Below are positions 27,706 through 41,126 of a stretch of DNA of 64,000 bases, one piece after another; position 1 is the stretch's first letter, and each line of letters begins with the position of its first letter. A program made the position numbers and the translations under genes. The notes beneath the pieces are model-generated. The model had not been told where the DNA came from and searched no databases. It saw nothing but the letters and a program-made list of their open reading frames with translations. Origin of the DNA: Octopus sinensis (taxonomy: Eukaryota). The stretch spans positions 40,982,001 through 41,046,000 of the forward strand of contig NC_043002.1 in assembly GCF_006345805.1 (NCBI RefSeq), in the 5' to 3' direction.

Positions 27706-30700
27706 GATATATATGTATGTATCTATGTATTTATGTGTGTGTGTGTGTATGTATATATATACATACACACACACACACATATATATATAAGGCTTCAACA
27801 AGTAGAGTAGCACTCGATCAGCTAAGAGACTAAAGATAATGTTATGATAAAAACCACAAGTCTTGTTAAATACAACTACCTAAGGTTTCCTGGCCAAAAC
27901 CTTAATTAAACCCTTTTGTTACTGTATTTATTTTGAGATGCTTTGTGTTTCTATCAATTACTTTAAGTATAACAAAGAATTTAGTAAAATAGCTTAGTTA
28001 TCATTTATCTGTGAAATTCACTCACAGGGCATTGGTCAGCTCAAAACTAATATAGACACTTGTTCAAGGTGTTGTACAGTGGGACTGAAGTTGAAACCAC
28101 AAAGTCAGCTTCTTAACCACACAGTCATGCCTGAAAAAACATTTACTGTGTTTTACCGAAGCTTATTTAAGGGTAAAAAATGCATTTAATTTAAAAGAGA
28201 AAACTGTTTTCTTTTTTACAATGACCCTCAATGCAGAAGACTTGAGATGGTTAGAAAGAAATGAAGTATGCTCTGCTAGATGTGTAATGCTGAATAGATG
28301 TGTAATGAATATGGAGCATAAATGAACTGAGATAAATGCTGGATATAAGAATCAGATGTAGTATGCAAGAGAGAAGACTGCACAGGCATGGGGGAATGTG
28401 ATGCTTATGAGTGATGTAGTTGCATTAAGAAGTGCTGAGTGCCTGAAGTAGTTAGAACATAAGAAGGTAATAACAAACCATGACAAGTGGTGACATGTTT
28501 TGCTGGAGAAGATCTGCCTTACAAGAGCCAGCATAGCAAAAGAATCATTAAAATGGTGGTGGTGGTGGTGTTGATGGAGGCTGAGATGAGTAACATATTA
28601 ACATTAGGTTTCTCACTTACTCTCTCTTTACTCTTTTACTTGTTTCAGTCATTTAACTGTGGCCATGCTGGAGCACCAACTTTAGTCGAGCAAATCGACC
28701 CCAGGACTTATTCTTTGGAAGTCTAGTACTTATTCTATCAGTCTCTTTTGCTGAACCACAAAGTTACGGGGACGTAAACATACCACTATCGGTTGTCAAG
28801 TGATGTTGGGGGACAAACAAAGACACACAAAAACATATACACACACATATATATATATACATATATACAATGGGCTTCTTTCAGTTTCTGTCTACCAAAT
28901 CCACTCACAAGGCTTTGGTCAGCCCGAGGCTATAGTAGAAGACACTTGCCCAAGGTGCCATGCAGTGGGAATGAACCTGGAACTATGTGGTTGGTAAGCA
29001 AGGTACTTATCACACAGCCACTCCTGCGCCTTATTATATTTCTGTTAATTATCCAGTTACTGTTCTCTTTGTCACCCTCTTATCTTGGAGTATAAATCTG
29101 AGGTATGTTTTGGCACAGCCCTTTTGGCAGTGCCTATTGGACAACACCACTGACTTATTTGACATCAGACATTTTAATCTTTCTCCCATTCTCTCAATCC
29201 TTTCCCATCTCTCTCTCTATGTTCATGTGTGTGAACATATTTCTTTTTATGCATATGAGAAGGAAAGAGTTTATATCAGTAATATTTATCAAATTGTAAT
29301 GTCTCTTTCTCTCTCTTTTGATCTGTTTGTGTATATGTCTGTGCATGCATGTCTTTGCACCCAGTGTCAAAAAAAACAACATACTGTCACCAGAACAGGT
29401 TTAACGTCTAGTCAACTGCACTGGATCACCCATGTCTGAACAGCCATGCCTTATTCTGATAAATTTAGCAACAGTTAAGAATTGCTAAAATTAAAGGCAT
29501 CTTTAGCTTAACAGTTATTTAGTGTATGTTGCCTCAGTTCATCTCTGAGGCAAGTCCCTAAACACAGTGAGTCATCTCACTGAAATCTGAAATGGGCAAT
29601 GTTATGAAGAACAAATTAGCCTGGCAGAACTCACTTCTCAATAGGAATAGTTCAACAAATCTGCTGTCAGATATAGGTTCAATAATCTGAAAATGTTACC
29701 CTTAGATAGTTGATGTAGCTATTTTGCTTTAAGTCAGATCTAACTGAGGAGCCCCATGGTAAATAGGGAGTTGGTTGAATGACAAGATGCAAGCCACAGA
29801 TCTATTGTTTCATATACACCGTGTTTCTACCTAGTCAAGGACAACATTCCACATTCTAACATGGACATAGAGCAACTGTATGATATTCTATCCATTTCTA
29901 AATGTTGAATTATTATCATTCTACCAACATTCCAGTCTTGACCATTCTAATTTCTTTTATGGCATATATATTTCAGTACTTGATTATCCCGAAAATGAAG
30001 GTTGGAATTTGAAGTCAAGTGTGACTGCTCTTCTCGTAGCTGATCTCAGTGGTTCACAATATTTTTTTTACCTATGGACCCTTTTGATTATTATTTTATT
30101 CTGGTGGGCCCCCATAGCTTCTCAAAGTTTAAAAACTAGTTTTATAGATACTTCTTCCAAAATTCCTATTTTGCTTTTCACACATTAACTTATGTAGGGT
30201 GAACTATGTAAAACAGAGAAAGAAACTGAAGCAAAATGTTTTTATGAACCTTTAAAATACAAGTGTAGATCTCTAGTTTACTATATTGCTTGCATGGACC
30301 CCCACACATATCATATGGATCCCCAGAGGTCATATGGACTCTGGTTGAGAACCACTGGTACAGATGTTCTTTGGTTCATCCAATGTTAAATCTATCTCTC
30401 ATCTACTTCAGAAAAAACCTTGGGACTTAAAAGAAATTTCCATCACATTACATTACAAAATTATCTTACTGTCATATCCATACTTTGTACAGATATTTGA
30501 TGGATATTTTTCAGTAATCCAATCAAAGAAAATAGTGCAGTCCTTTACGAAGCTAAGAACCAGTTCCCAAAAGCATCTCAAGGCTAAGAAAGTATTTACA
30601 TCACACTACATTATCAGATTAATATACTTTGCATTTTCATACTCTCCACAGATACCTGATGATTTTCTTAAAAAGTAATTTAATACTGTGGATATCAACT

Positions 30701-31326
30701 TTATGAAACAAAAGCAATGGACACAGCTCTTTCCTCAAGACCAAATTAACTAAATAATTGTAATTATTCAGTTAATGTGATTGAAGAAAATACCCTACAC
30801 TTAAAAAAAGAAAAATAAATATCTCTACAATAATCACAATAATTATTATACTTTTTATAGCATATCCTATTTTTTTTTAAATTACATAATATGATTAATA
30901 AATCTAAAACTGGAAATAGTAGTAAAATTACATTGTGCTTGAAATTATTATTATTATACAAATGACTTTCAAAAGGAGAAAGAATATTTTTCAGGATCGT
31001 AACTAATCACTTCAGAGTATCTTTTGGTGCAGAATCAATAATTTGTTAAATTACGTGCATCTAATTCTCTGCAAGAAATGAAGAGATGGTCAAGGCTATA
31101 GGAATGTTGTTACTGACATTGGTACACCATGGAATCGGGGGAAACATTGTGAGAAAATTGGAACACTTAGTAATTGAATTATGCAAAAATATCCCCAACA
31201 ATAATTTAATTTGTTGCATTTACTACAACTGCCGCTGTCATCGTACTTATATTCATTACCATTGCTATTGTTGTAGTCACCACCATCTCCATCTCCATCT
31301 CCACCACCACCACCACCACCACCACC

Positions 31327-31360
<34 letters not shown>

Positions 31361-31479
31361 TCAATAGTGTCTTAATCATCACCTTCATCAGTTTTATTTC
31401 TGTCCTGCTACATCCCCAAGGGTTCTTCTCCCTCCTGTTCTTTTGTTTTTTCTTGTTATTATTGAGAAGGCAAAATCAT

Positions 31480-31680
31480 TACTGCACTGGACAAAATATT
31501 TAGCAGTATTTCATCTGATGCTTTACACTCTGAGTTCAAATTCCACTGAGATCAACTTTACCTTTCATCCTTTCAGGGTCAATAAAATAAGTACCAGTAG
31601 AAGTAGATCACTGGAGTCGATGGAATTGACGTATCCCCTCCCCCAAAGTTACTGGTCTTGTGCCAAAATCTCAAATCACT

Positions 31681-31715
<35 letters not shown>

Positions 31716-32539
31716 TATTATTATTATTATTTTTTTTTTTTAAGGTGGTGAATTGGTAGAATTGTTAGCATGCCAGACAAAGTGGTTATTGGCATTTCAC
31801 CCACTACTACATACTGAGTTCAAATTCCACCAATGTCAACTTTGTTTTTCCTCCTTTCAGGGTCAATAAATTAAGTACCAGTGGAATACTGGGGTCGATG
31901 TAATTGACTAGTCCCACCCACAAAATTTCAGGCCCTGTGCCTTTAGTAGAAAGGATTATTGTTATTATTATTATTATTGTTACTATTATTGTTGTTGTTG
32001 TTGTTGATTTTGTTATTATTATTATTATTAAGGTGGCCGATGCCAGCACCGCCTTGACTGGCTTCCGTGCCGGTGGCACATAAAATACACCAATCCGACT
32101 GTGGCCGTTGCCAGCCTCGCCTGGCACCTGTGCAGGTGGCACATAAAAAGCACCCACTACACTCACGGAGTGGTTGGCGTTAGGAAGGGCATCCAGCTGT
32201 AGAAACATTACCAGATTAGACTGGAGCCTGGTGCAGCCTTCTGGCTTCCCAGAACCCCGGTCGAACCGTCCAACCCATGCTAGCATAGAGAACGGACGTT
32301 AAACGATGATGATGATGATGATGATGATGTGGCGAGCTGGCAGAATCATTAGCATGTCAGGCGAAATGCTTAGTGGCATGCCATCCGTCTTTATGTTCTG
32401 ACTCCAAATTTTGCCTTTCATCATTTTGGGGTCGATAAATTAAGTACCAGTTAAGCACTGGGGTCAATATAATCGACTTAACCTCTCCCCCGAAACTGCT
32501 GACCTTGTACCAAAATTTGAAACCATTATTTTCATCATG

Positions 32540-32580
<41 letters not shown>

Positions 32581-32775
32581 TATCATTATTAAAGTGGTGA
32601 GTTAGCAGAATCTTTAGCATGTTGGATGAAATGCAATTCTGCCGAGGTCAACTTTGCATTTCATCCTTTTGGGGGTTGATAAATTAAGTACCAGTGAAAC
32701 ATTGGGGTCGATGTAATAAACTAGTCCCCTCCCAACAAATTTCAGGTTTTGTGCCTATAGTAGAAAGGATCATTA
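31480..32775 (+). mobile_element. Cluster of tRNA-derived SINEs with a Meta-domain-like core plus an RTE-tail element (32035-32330)
   Basis: Repeated GGTGAGCTGGCAGAAT..GAGTTCAAATTCC..CCTTTCATCCTTTC(A/G)GGGTC(A/G)ATAAAT(A/T)AGTACCAG, separated by (CAT)n/(TAT)n tails. Confidence 0.75.
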
Positions 32776-32819
32776 TTTGGCTCAGATTCGGTCTGATTCC
32801 TGGTAGGAATTATGTGGAT

Positions 32820-33925
32820 AACAGGTTACTACCTGTAACTTTATGTATCCACAAGTTTTCAGCAGTTTTCCAAGTGCTTAGAACCCTCCTGGTAATTCTT
32901 GCTGACTCCAAGAGACAAAGTTTCTGTAGGAGCTCCACTGGGCATTCTATTTTAATCTCCTGCAGCCATTTGTCTATATCTTGGCTTACTGTTCCCAGTG
33001 CACCAATTATTGTTGTTATTATTATTATTATAATTATTATTATTATTATAGACGTCACACAGTATACAATATTGTTAAGTTGTTGATTGAAGATACTGTG
33101 TCTACCGGGGGTTTGTACTCTTTGTCAAGTCACAACAAGGACCTCAGGCAGACAGTACTTTACGCAATATGTGTGCAGTTCCAAGTAACGCTAACTTTTG
33201 CAATACACCTAGATTGCAGGGTATTTCTATAGTTTTCAGATGTTTTTTTCAGATTGGGTGGTATTGAATCCAATGCTCAGATGACAACAGGGACAACCTT
33301 TATGCTTGACTCTCATAGCTGGCACATCTTGGTGATCTCAATTCTCAGGTCTCCATATTTATCAACCTTCTTTCTTTCATGCCAATATGTTGATCTCCTG
33401 GCCTTTCCACATCAATTATTAGGCACTCTTGATTGTCTCTCCTAAAGGTTACTATATCTGGCCTTTGGTGCTCTAATATCTTATCTGTCTGGAAATGAAA
33501 GTTCCAGAGGATTTTTGCCTTCCCCTTTTCATCCAGTACCTTATTATCATTCAGTAGCTTTATTTTTATAGTGTGCTTTCACTTCACTACCGAGCGCAGC
33601 TCTGTGTGCCTTGGGTATGTGCTGTGATTTGTTGTGATGCTCTGATGGTTACTGTATTGAAAGTGTTCTGCGTAGGATGTGTGCAATGCCTAGTAGTGCA
33701 ATTTTCTGTATGTTATATGTGTTTGTAAGTCCTGGTGTTTTTGTTATGTATTTGTCTGAATATTTTTTTATCATGCTTAATGCACCTACTATGATAGGAA
33801 TTGTTTCTGTTTTTAGATTCCACATTCTAGTTACCTCTATTTCCAGGTCTTTGTATTTTGAAAGTTTCTCCATTTCTTTTAGAGACAAGTTGTCATCTAC
33901 TGGTATTGATACATCAACTAGAAAG
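32820..33925 (-). mobile_element. Three distinct R4/Dong 3'-end fragments (REL domain) separated by (AAT)n-like tracts
   Basis: EKLSKYKDLEIE..IPIIVGAL..QKIALLGIAHILRR (33649-33888); RPDIV..KYGDLRIE..LLGTAHILRK (about 33150-33540); IIGALG..LQKLCLL (32810-33010). Confidence 0.85.
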
Positions 33926-35357
33926 CATTATTGTTATTATTATTATTATTATTATTAAGGTGGTGAGCTGGCAGAAATATGACTATGTTGGATGAAAATG
34001 CTTAGCATGACTCTCTTTAAGCTGTGAGTTCAAATGCTGCCGTGGTTGACTGTGTTTTTCATCCTTCTGGAGTCAATAAAATAATGTACTGGATTGAATA
34101 TAATCAACTAACCCCTTTCCCCTAAAATTGCTGGCCTTGTGCCAAAATAAGAAATTATTATCATTGCTATCGTTAAGCTAACGAGCTGGTAAAATCATTA
34201 GAGTGTTGGAGGAGACACCACGTAGCATTTCATCTGTCTATTTACAGTCTGTGTTCAAGATTGACTCTGCCTTTCATTCCTGGATGCCTTTCCTGTCACC
34301 AACATTTTCTTGTTTACAAGCAATATAATATTTCCTCATAGCCACATGTGTTTTCCTTTTTTATGGAAGACTGGAAATGAACAAATGACCATTGCTTGTA
34401 CACTGGTGGTGCTCATTGACAATCATCACATGATGTCAAAACAAGAGTACAAACACACACACACACATACATACATACATACACACATACATAACTACAT
34501 GCACACACACACACACATACATGTACACACACACAAGCAGTTCAAATGTAGAGAAACAAAACGCAGAGATAAGTGAGGGAACAACAAGCAGGTGTATTAG
34601 TTTGGTGTTCAGGAAGAATGGAAAAGTCTTCGACATTTTGAGCCTATGCTCTGAGACAGAAAAAATAATGAGAGGGAAAAAAAATGGAGAGAGTGAGAAA
34701 AAAAAAAATAGAAAACGAAAAAACATCAGAATTAATTGTTCCACATGTTGAAATACATATGACAGACTTCATTCAGTTTTCATCTATCAAGGCTTTGGTT
34801 GAGATGGGGCTATAGTAGAAGACATTTGCCCAAGGTGCTGTGCAGTGGAACTGAACCTAAAACCATACGGTTGGGAAGCAAACTTCTTAACATCACAGTC
34901 ACACCTGTGTTTTTATCTTGTGGTATTTCAAGCTTTAAGTTCTAATCCTGGTATAGCAGGAAGAGAATATTATATGAAATGGGTTTTTGGGTTTTATACA
35001 GGTGGTGGTGTATATGTTTACATTAATGTTGACACCATTGTGGTGAGCGTCTCTCTCTGTTCTGTCATAAGACAAAAGAATCTATCTCATGTTTCTTGTG
35101 AACTCTTTTTACAGAATATGAAAATATAACAATATTGACTGTGTGGTTAGAAAGCTTGCTTGGCAACTATATGGTTTTGCATTCAGTCCCACTATCTGGT
35201 ACATTGGGCAAGTGTTTTGTTATAGCCTTGGACCAATTGATACCTTGTAGATTTGGTACATGGAAACAGCATGGAAGCCTGCATGTGTGTGAGCATATAT
35301 ATATATATATATATATGTATATGTGTATATATACTTTATTTAAAAGCAGCAGAAATA

Positions 35358-35412
35358 TAACAAAAGCTGTTACTCAGAGTTTCACGTTCCTGTTCATCGG
35401 ATAGTTTTGTTA
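35358..35412 (-). ncRNA. Type I hammerhead ribozyme motif, sense to CSTPP1 intron 1
   Basis: TAACAAAACTAT-CCGATGA-AC(aggaac)GT-GAAA-CTCTGAG-TA-ACAGCTTTTGTTA; long imperfect helix I, U4>C in core. Confidence 0.6.
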
Positions 35413-35549
35413 AAATGAGTAACAGCTTTTGTTATATTTCTGCTGCTTTTAAATAAAGCATATTACTCTGCCTCTGGTATTTGAGTACTCTTTTTTCCAC
35501 CTTGTTTCACATTCATGTGCTTACTCCGGTATGTGTGTGTATACATACA

Positions 35550-35589
<40 letters not shown>

Positions 35590-35622
35590 CATATATATAT
35601 ACATATATATATACATATATAC

Positions 35623-35667
<45 letters not shown>

Positions 35668-36336
35668 CAAATATATATACATATACATATATATACATGT
35701 ATATATATATATATGAACCATGCCAAATCAGACTGGAATCTGGTGCAGCTCCCCACCTTGCCAGCTCTGGTCAAACTGTCCAATCCATGACAGCATGAAC
35801 AGCAGACATTAAATGATAATAACGATGATATATATAGATATATATATGTAAATATTTGACCTCTTCCTTCACTTTTCTTACTGATCATCTTATTTCCTCA
35901 AACACTTATTTTGGGTTTTTAATTTGTTTTTTCTATTATGTTCTGGTTTCGCCACTCATTTCAAATTATATCTTCAGTGAGTTAACTTCCTAACAACAAT
36001 GTAACCTTCATATAATTAAGACATCTTCAGTTTGAAGAGTAGCTAGCCGAGTACCCCTCACCGAGTAATTATTACATCAGAGCTAGGAAACATATGTAGC
36101 CTGAATTTTTCCTGCATAGCAGGTACATTCATAACAACTCAAGTTGCTAACTGAACTATAACAAATTTTTCTTCAGCTTATTGAACTTCGATATGGGAAA
36201 AGTCTACAACGTTTGATGCCAACAAATTATTATTGTTTCTGAACGTTGTTTTTCATACCTACAACAGACTGCTCAAAGCTTACTAACTTTCTACAAATAG
36301 ATCCTTGGATCTTATAACTTCATAACAGACCAGTAC

Positions 36337-36374
<38 letters not shown>

Positions 36375-36970
36375 AATGTGTGTCTGTTTGTCTATCCCAC
36401 TGCTTGACAACCAGTATTGGTTTGTTTACATCCTTGTAACTTAGCAGTTTAACAAAAGAGACTGATAGAACTACCAGACTTAAAATATAAGTACTGGGGT
36501 GGGGGTGGGGGTGATTTGTTCCCATAAATTTGTCATGCCAGTGCTCCAGAAGGGCCATAGTCCTTATTTAATTGACCCCACAAGGATGAAAGGGCAAAGT
36601 CGACCTTGGCGGAATTTAAACTCAGAACGTAATACTGTTAAACATTTCGCCCGGCATGCTAACCTTTCTGCCAGCTCGCCGCCTTACCATGTCCTATTAT
36701 TGAAGTGATTTAAGATGGTGAGTGAAAGTGTGAAATTCTATCATCGTTAGATTGGTATGAAAGGCACATGACTTAGTGAATAGAATATTCAGCTCCTGTT
36801 CATAAGGTTGTGAGTTCGATTCCACATTTTATTTCATGTAATTCAAAGAGCCAGCCTTGTCACATTCTGTTTCATACTGAATCTCTCTGAGAACTACGTT
36901 AAGGGCTCGCATGTCTGTGGAGTGCTCAGCCACTTGCACATTAATTTCACCAGTAGGCTGTTCTGCTGGT

Positions 36971-37290
36971 GAGGGCGCGTGGCTTAGTGGTTAGGGCATT
37001 CGTCTCATGATCGTAAGGTTGTGAGTTCGATTCCCGGCGACGCGTTGTGTCCTTGAGCAAGACACTTTATTTCCCGTTGCTCCAGTCCACTCAGCTGGCA
37101 AAAATGAGTTGTACTTGTATTTCAAAGGGTCAGCCTTGTCACTCTCTGTGTCACGCTGATTATCCCCGAGAACTACGTTAAGGGTACACGTGTCTGTGGA
37201 ATGCTCAGCCATTTGCACGTTAATTTCACGAGCAAGCTGTTCCGTTGATCGTATCAGCTGGGACCCTCGTCGTCGTAACCGGCGGAGTCT
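36971..37290 (+). mobile_element. tRNA-derived SINE with V-domain-like core
   Basis: A box TGGCTTAGTGG, B box GTTCGATTCC, then TGTGTCCTTGAGCAAGACACTTT. Relatives at 43255-43502(-), about 8370-8520(-) and 14215-14340(-). Confidence 0.75.
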
Positions 37291-38881
37291 TTAAAAGGCT
37301 GTTCTGTTAATCGGATCAACCAGAACCTTCGTCATCGTAACCAGTGGAATACCAGTTAGATTCATGGTTTAGCTATTATTACCTATGTGGTCATTTTAAA
37401 TCACCAGGTATTAAGCTGCCTACACAAATAAGCAAAACACCTATCGATTTATAATACAACCAATCACATCTTATGGTGGGTGTGATTGCATGTTGGTAAA
37501 CATAAAAAGCAAAAACAAACAAAAAACTGCCTAGGTTTTCACACCAAAATATAAGCAGGTTACAGAACATATAAGGTTGTAGTTTGATCTTTCTTCAGAA
37601 ATGTCTTAATTTCAACCAAAGCTTTCTCTTAGATCATTTGCTTTTATTCCTTATCTCTCTTACATACACGATATGAGAAACAGCGCGCGTGCCCACACAC
37701 GCATCGTTCTTATAGGTTGGCTTTTAATATACAAGAAACAGAAATTCTTATTTCCCTCTTTCTCTCTCATTCAACAGGCACAAATATACAACAGGGATAA
37801 TATAATAACTTTCTGATAATAAAATAACTTGAATAAAACATGTTGATTTAAGAAAATATTGATATCTTCTTTCATCTTTAATATTGCAGCATTTCTCTTC
37901 TTTTCTGCCAGCATTTATTTCATCAATTTATTTCAAAACTGTTGAACCTCAACGTGTTATTTGAAGGTATAGATATAACCACATTTTTCAATTGTTGCTA
38001 CGAATTGGCTAATTCCTTACATGTCACACAAATAATCGCAGGAGTGGGTTGGAAACGTATTAATGATATCTATAGTTATTAATCTATTAAAATTTACATT
38101 GTTTTGACAATACATGTTTTGCCAAAATCGTTTCCTCCAAGCGAGCAAGTTAAGTAGTAAGAGAGAAACAAAAAATTTCTTTTAATCTTTTGCTAAAACG
38201 CTTTTCATAATACCATGAAATGTATCAAAATAAAAGATAACTAATTACCAGGAAACTTGTGCTAAGATATCTAAAACCATATTTCTAATACTATACGTTG
38301 CTTATGTATTTCAATCAGTTTGAAAACAATTAAGAATTCGGATAAATTTAGCATTTAGGAAGAAAAACAACAGACTCCATTATGAAGCAGGTGTTTTATC
38401 ATATTGAACAAAAGCTTCGAACATAGAATTATAAATGTTTTAAATTTCTTTACTAACAGTTTTAAATGGAATGTTTTGTTCAAAATAATCAGCAGTCTCC
38501 GATGCGATGTTACAAAAAAGGTTAATTTACGCTTCTAATACTCTTGGGTAAAGGCATGAAGATCACACAATCACATTCTCCTTTCCTTATATACATTTGT
38601 AGACTTTTGACGTAAAAAAAAATTATTTTAAAAATCAGTAATAAAGAAATTGAACGGGGAATATTTTGAGACAAACGTCCAAATACTAAACAGACTGTAT
38701 GCACTATTTCTTTCCTATTTGGAAATAACTTTTGTTTATTTACCTTTATCATAATGTTCATATTATTTTCGACTAAGAATTACGAATCGTACATTAACTA
38801 AATATGCCGAAACACAGCTGAATATTACAAAATCGCAACATAACATAGCAATATAGAAGTCCATTGAGGCGCTGAGCCGTC

Positions 38882-38894
38882 GTTGCCTAGCAAC
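38882..38894. promoter_or_regulatory. RFX X-box (GTTGCCTAGCAAC) in CSTPP1 intron 1
   Basis: Near-palindromic match to the X-box consensus GTNRCC-N(0-3)-RGYAAC, about 110 bp past exon 1 in a CpG-retaining patch; ETS-like CGGAAG near 38940. Confidence 0.7.
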
Positions 38895-39006
38895 AGTCAG
38901 CTTACAAATTCCCTCTTATGCATGACTTCGTTCCGAAAACGGAAGCGAATAAATTTGAAATATAGCGAATTAGATGTGAATTCTATTTTGATTATTGATG
39001 ACTTAC

Positions 39007-39055
39007 CAAGATAGGATTCCGGACTGGAAGCAATTCCGTCGCTACTCTCTGTCAT
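39007..39055 (-). CDS. CSTPP1: CSTPP1/C11orf49 orthologue, coding exon 1 (MTESSDGIASSPESYL + 1 nt)
   Basis: ATG at 39055, 16 codons + G, then GTAAGT donor (acttac 39001-39006). Phase 1 joins exon 2 (G|AA=Glu). Length and the ..YL end match the recalled human first exon (..DYEYL). Confidence 0.8.
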
Positions 39056-40004
39056 TGTGTAAACCGCACGGTAATACTAATTGTTCTTGTCAACAACGGT
39101 AGCAGTTAAACTAGTTATAGATATATGAAAAGCGTTAGATATAATCGACTGAAATCTATTTACAGTGGCCATATTGAAGAAGTATTAGCACGGACTGTTC
39201 TCTAACATCGTTCGCATGGATAAAATTTATTTATTTTCGTGATGTTTTTCACATTGTACTTTTAACTTTATTCATTCCTATAGCGTGTAATATTGCTTTT
39301 CTGCATATTTCAATGATGTTTGTAGCCGACTAAAAACTGAACTTGAAGTCCAAATCGCTAATAGTATTTGAGTGGATTATATATATTTACACTGTCAGAG
39401 AGTCTAATCAGTGGAATTTTTAATTAGTATTAATTAATTCTGAACTTAACACTAATTAAAGCGAAACTCAATCTGATTAAATTTTTTTTTTTCACAGAAC
39501 AGCGACAGAATAATTGAACCCAACAAGTTTAATAAGTATTGTTGTTATTTGGAGGATAATTGGAAAGGCCATTAATATGTACAGCTATGCAAGAATTATG
39601 GTGAAATAGTGTATCCTTAATTAACGTTGTCCTACGTTTCAGCTCCTAATCCAAGTTAGAGCAGCAGGTCTCAATCTAACAAATACCAGCCAATCTCCAT
39701 CTCAAATAAAAGGGAACAACCACCCCAACACCTTTATTAATAAGAGGACAGGATAAAATTTGTATCCATAGCATTCTTCTTTCTTTGCAACGATGTAGGG
39801 CAAGTTTAAAACCATCTAAATTCTTATAAACATGACAATTTGTCCACCTCTTTCCTGTCCGCACAACCAGTTTCCGAGAAACAGTGGGTTGGCGCCTTTT
39901 ACGATGCTAATCATTGGAAAATGCATATATATATTCCACTCCCCGTTTCCTGTTCTTCGTAAATTTATGCAAATAAAGACAAGTGCTAACATTATTATTA
40001 AAAT

Positions 40005-40195
40005 GGCGTAACTTCGGTATAGGTACCGGAAGTACCGGACACATTTCAAGAAAGTGTTTTTTTTTATATATATATATATGGGGGTTAGGGTTAGGGTTTG
40101 TGTTAGGGTTAGAGTTAGGGGTGGGAGGAAAGGGTTTCTGTTATCTTCAGAAATGTAAACAAAGCCACTTACGGTACCTATACCGAAGGATCGCC
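40005..40195. mobile_element. MITE with about 28-bp TIRs, AT flanks and internal TTAGGG repeats
   Basis: AT|GGCGTAACTTCGGTATAGGTACCGGAAGT ... ACTTACGGTACCTATACCGAAGGATCGCC|AT. Confidence 0.7.
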
Positions 40196-40511
40196 ATTAA
40201 GATAATAGACGTAAGCATTCTCTGGATCACAAGTCTTGATTTCGAATCTTGTTACAAATTGGGTTGTTTACACATATTTCTTTCAATAAAGCTTCATGAC
40301 CATTAAAATATCCTTATTAATGTGAAAATTGAAACTACTTAAATGGCTATTACAACTGAGTACCATACTAAATGCCTTATAGAAATTACTGTATTTGCCA
40401 GCGTGTAAGACACTCTCGTATAAGACACATCCCTATTTTGCAAATATATTTTGAGAGAAAGAAAAAACACCAAAGTAGGTTTCGCTTTACAGTTGTTGGA
40501 AAATATGTTTC

Positions 40512-40740
40512 TTTATTATCCACAAGGGGCTAAACATAGAGGGGACAAACAAGGACAGACAAACGAATTAAGTCGATTACATCGACCCCAGTGCGTAACT
40601 GGTACTTAATTTATAGACCCCCGAAAGGATGAAAGGCAAAGTCGACCTCGGCGGAATTTGAACTCAGAACGTAACGGCAGACGAAATACGGCTACGCATT
40701 TCGCCCGGCGTGCTAACGTTTCTGCCAGCTTGCCGCCTTA
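40512..40740 (-). mobile_element. Meta-domain-like SINE, near-intact
   Basis: Reverse complement AAGGCGGCAAGCTGGCAGAAACG..GAGTTCAAATTCCGCC..GCCTTTCATCCTTTCGGGG; CpGs retained. Confidence 0.8.
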
Positions 40741-41126
40741 AGAAATATTTTAAAGTGGTTCTGTGAGGAGAAATGTATGATTCTGAGTAAGTAAATACAA
40801 CGCAGTGACAGCATACGAGAATAAAGTGTGAAACCATTAATGTATTATATATAAACTATGATAAACCATATTTCAATTTTATCTTCTTTCAGATCAGTTG
40901 TATAGTTTGGTCAGAGAATTGTTTTATAGAATATAAAACTCGTATTTTTGGCTGTGTGTTTTGTGTCACCGCAATCAGTCACCAGGGTAGAGGACCACTG
41001 CAATGGTTTTATTGTTCATCCACAAATTGCAAATAGTTGGGAGGCGGATGAAAGTTTCCACATTCATTTCATATTTCTCGGAGAAATTTCCTTTTGATAA
41101 TTAAAAAGTTGTTTCTTAAAAGTAAA

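Noticed and set aside
36971-37045. tRNA-like sequence (also 48221-48295 and 42415-42490)
   Set aside because: SINE heads continuing into repeat bodies, without a proper acceptor stem.
40080-40125. Telomere or fusion scar
   Set aside because: Only a few degenerate units, enclosed in MITE TIRs.
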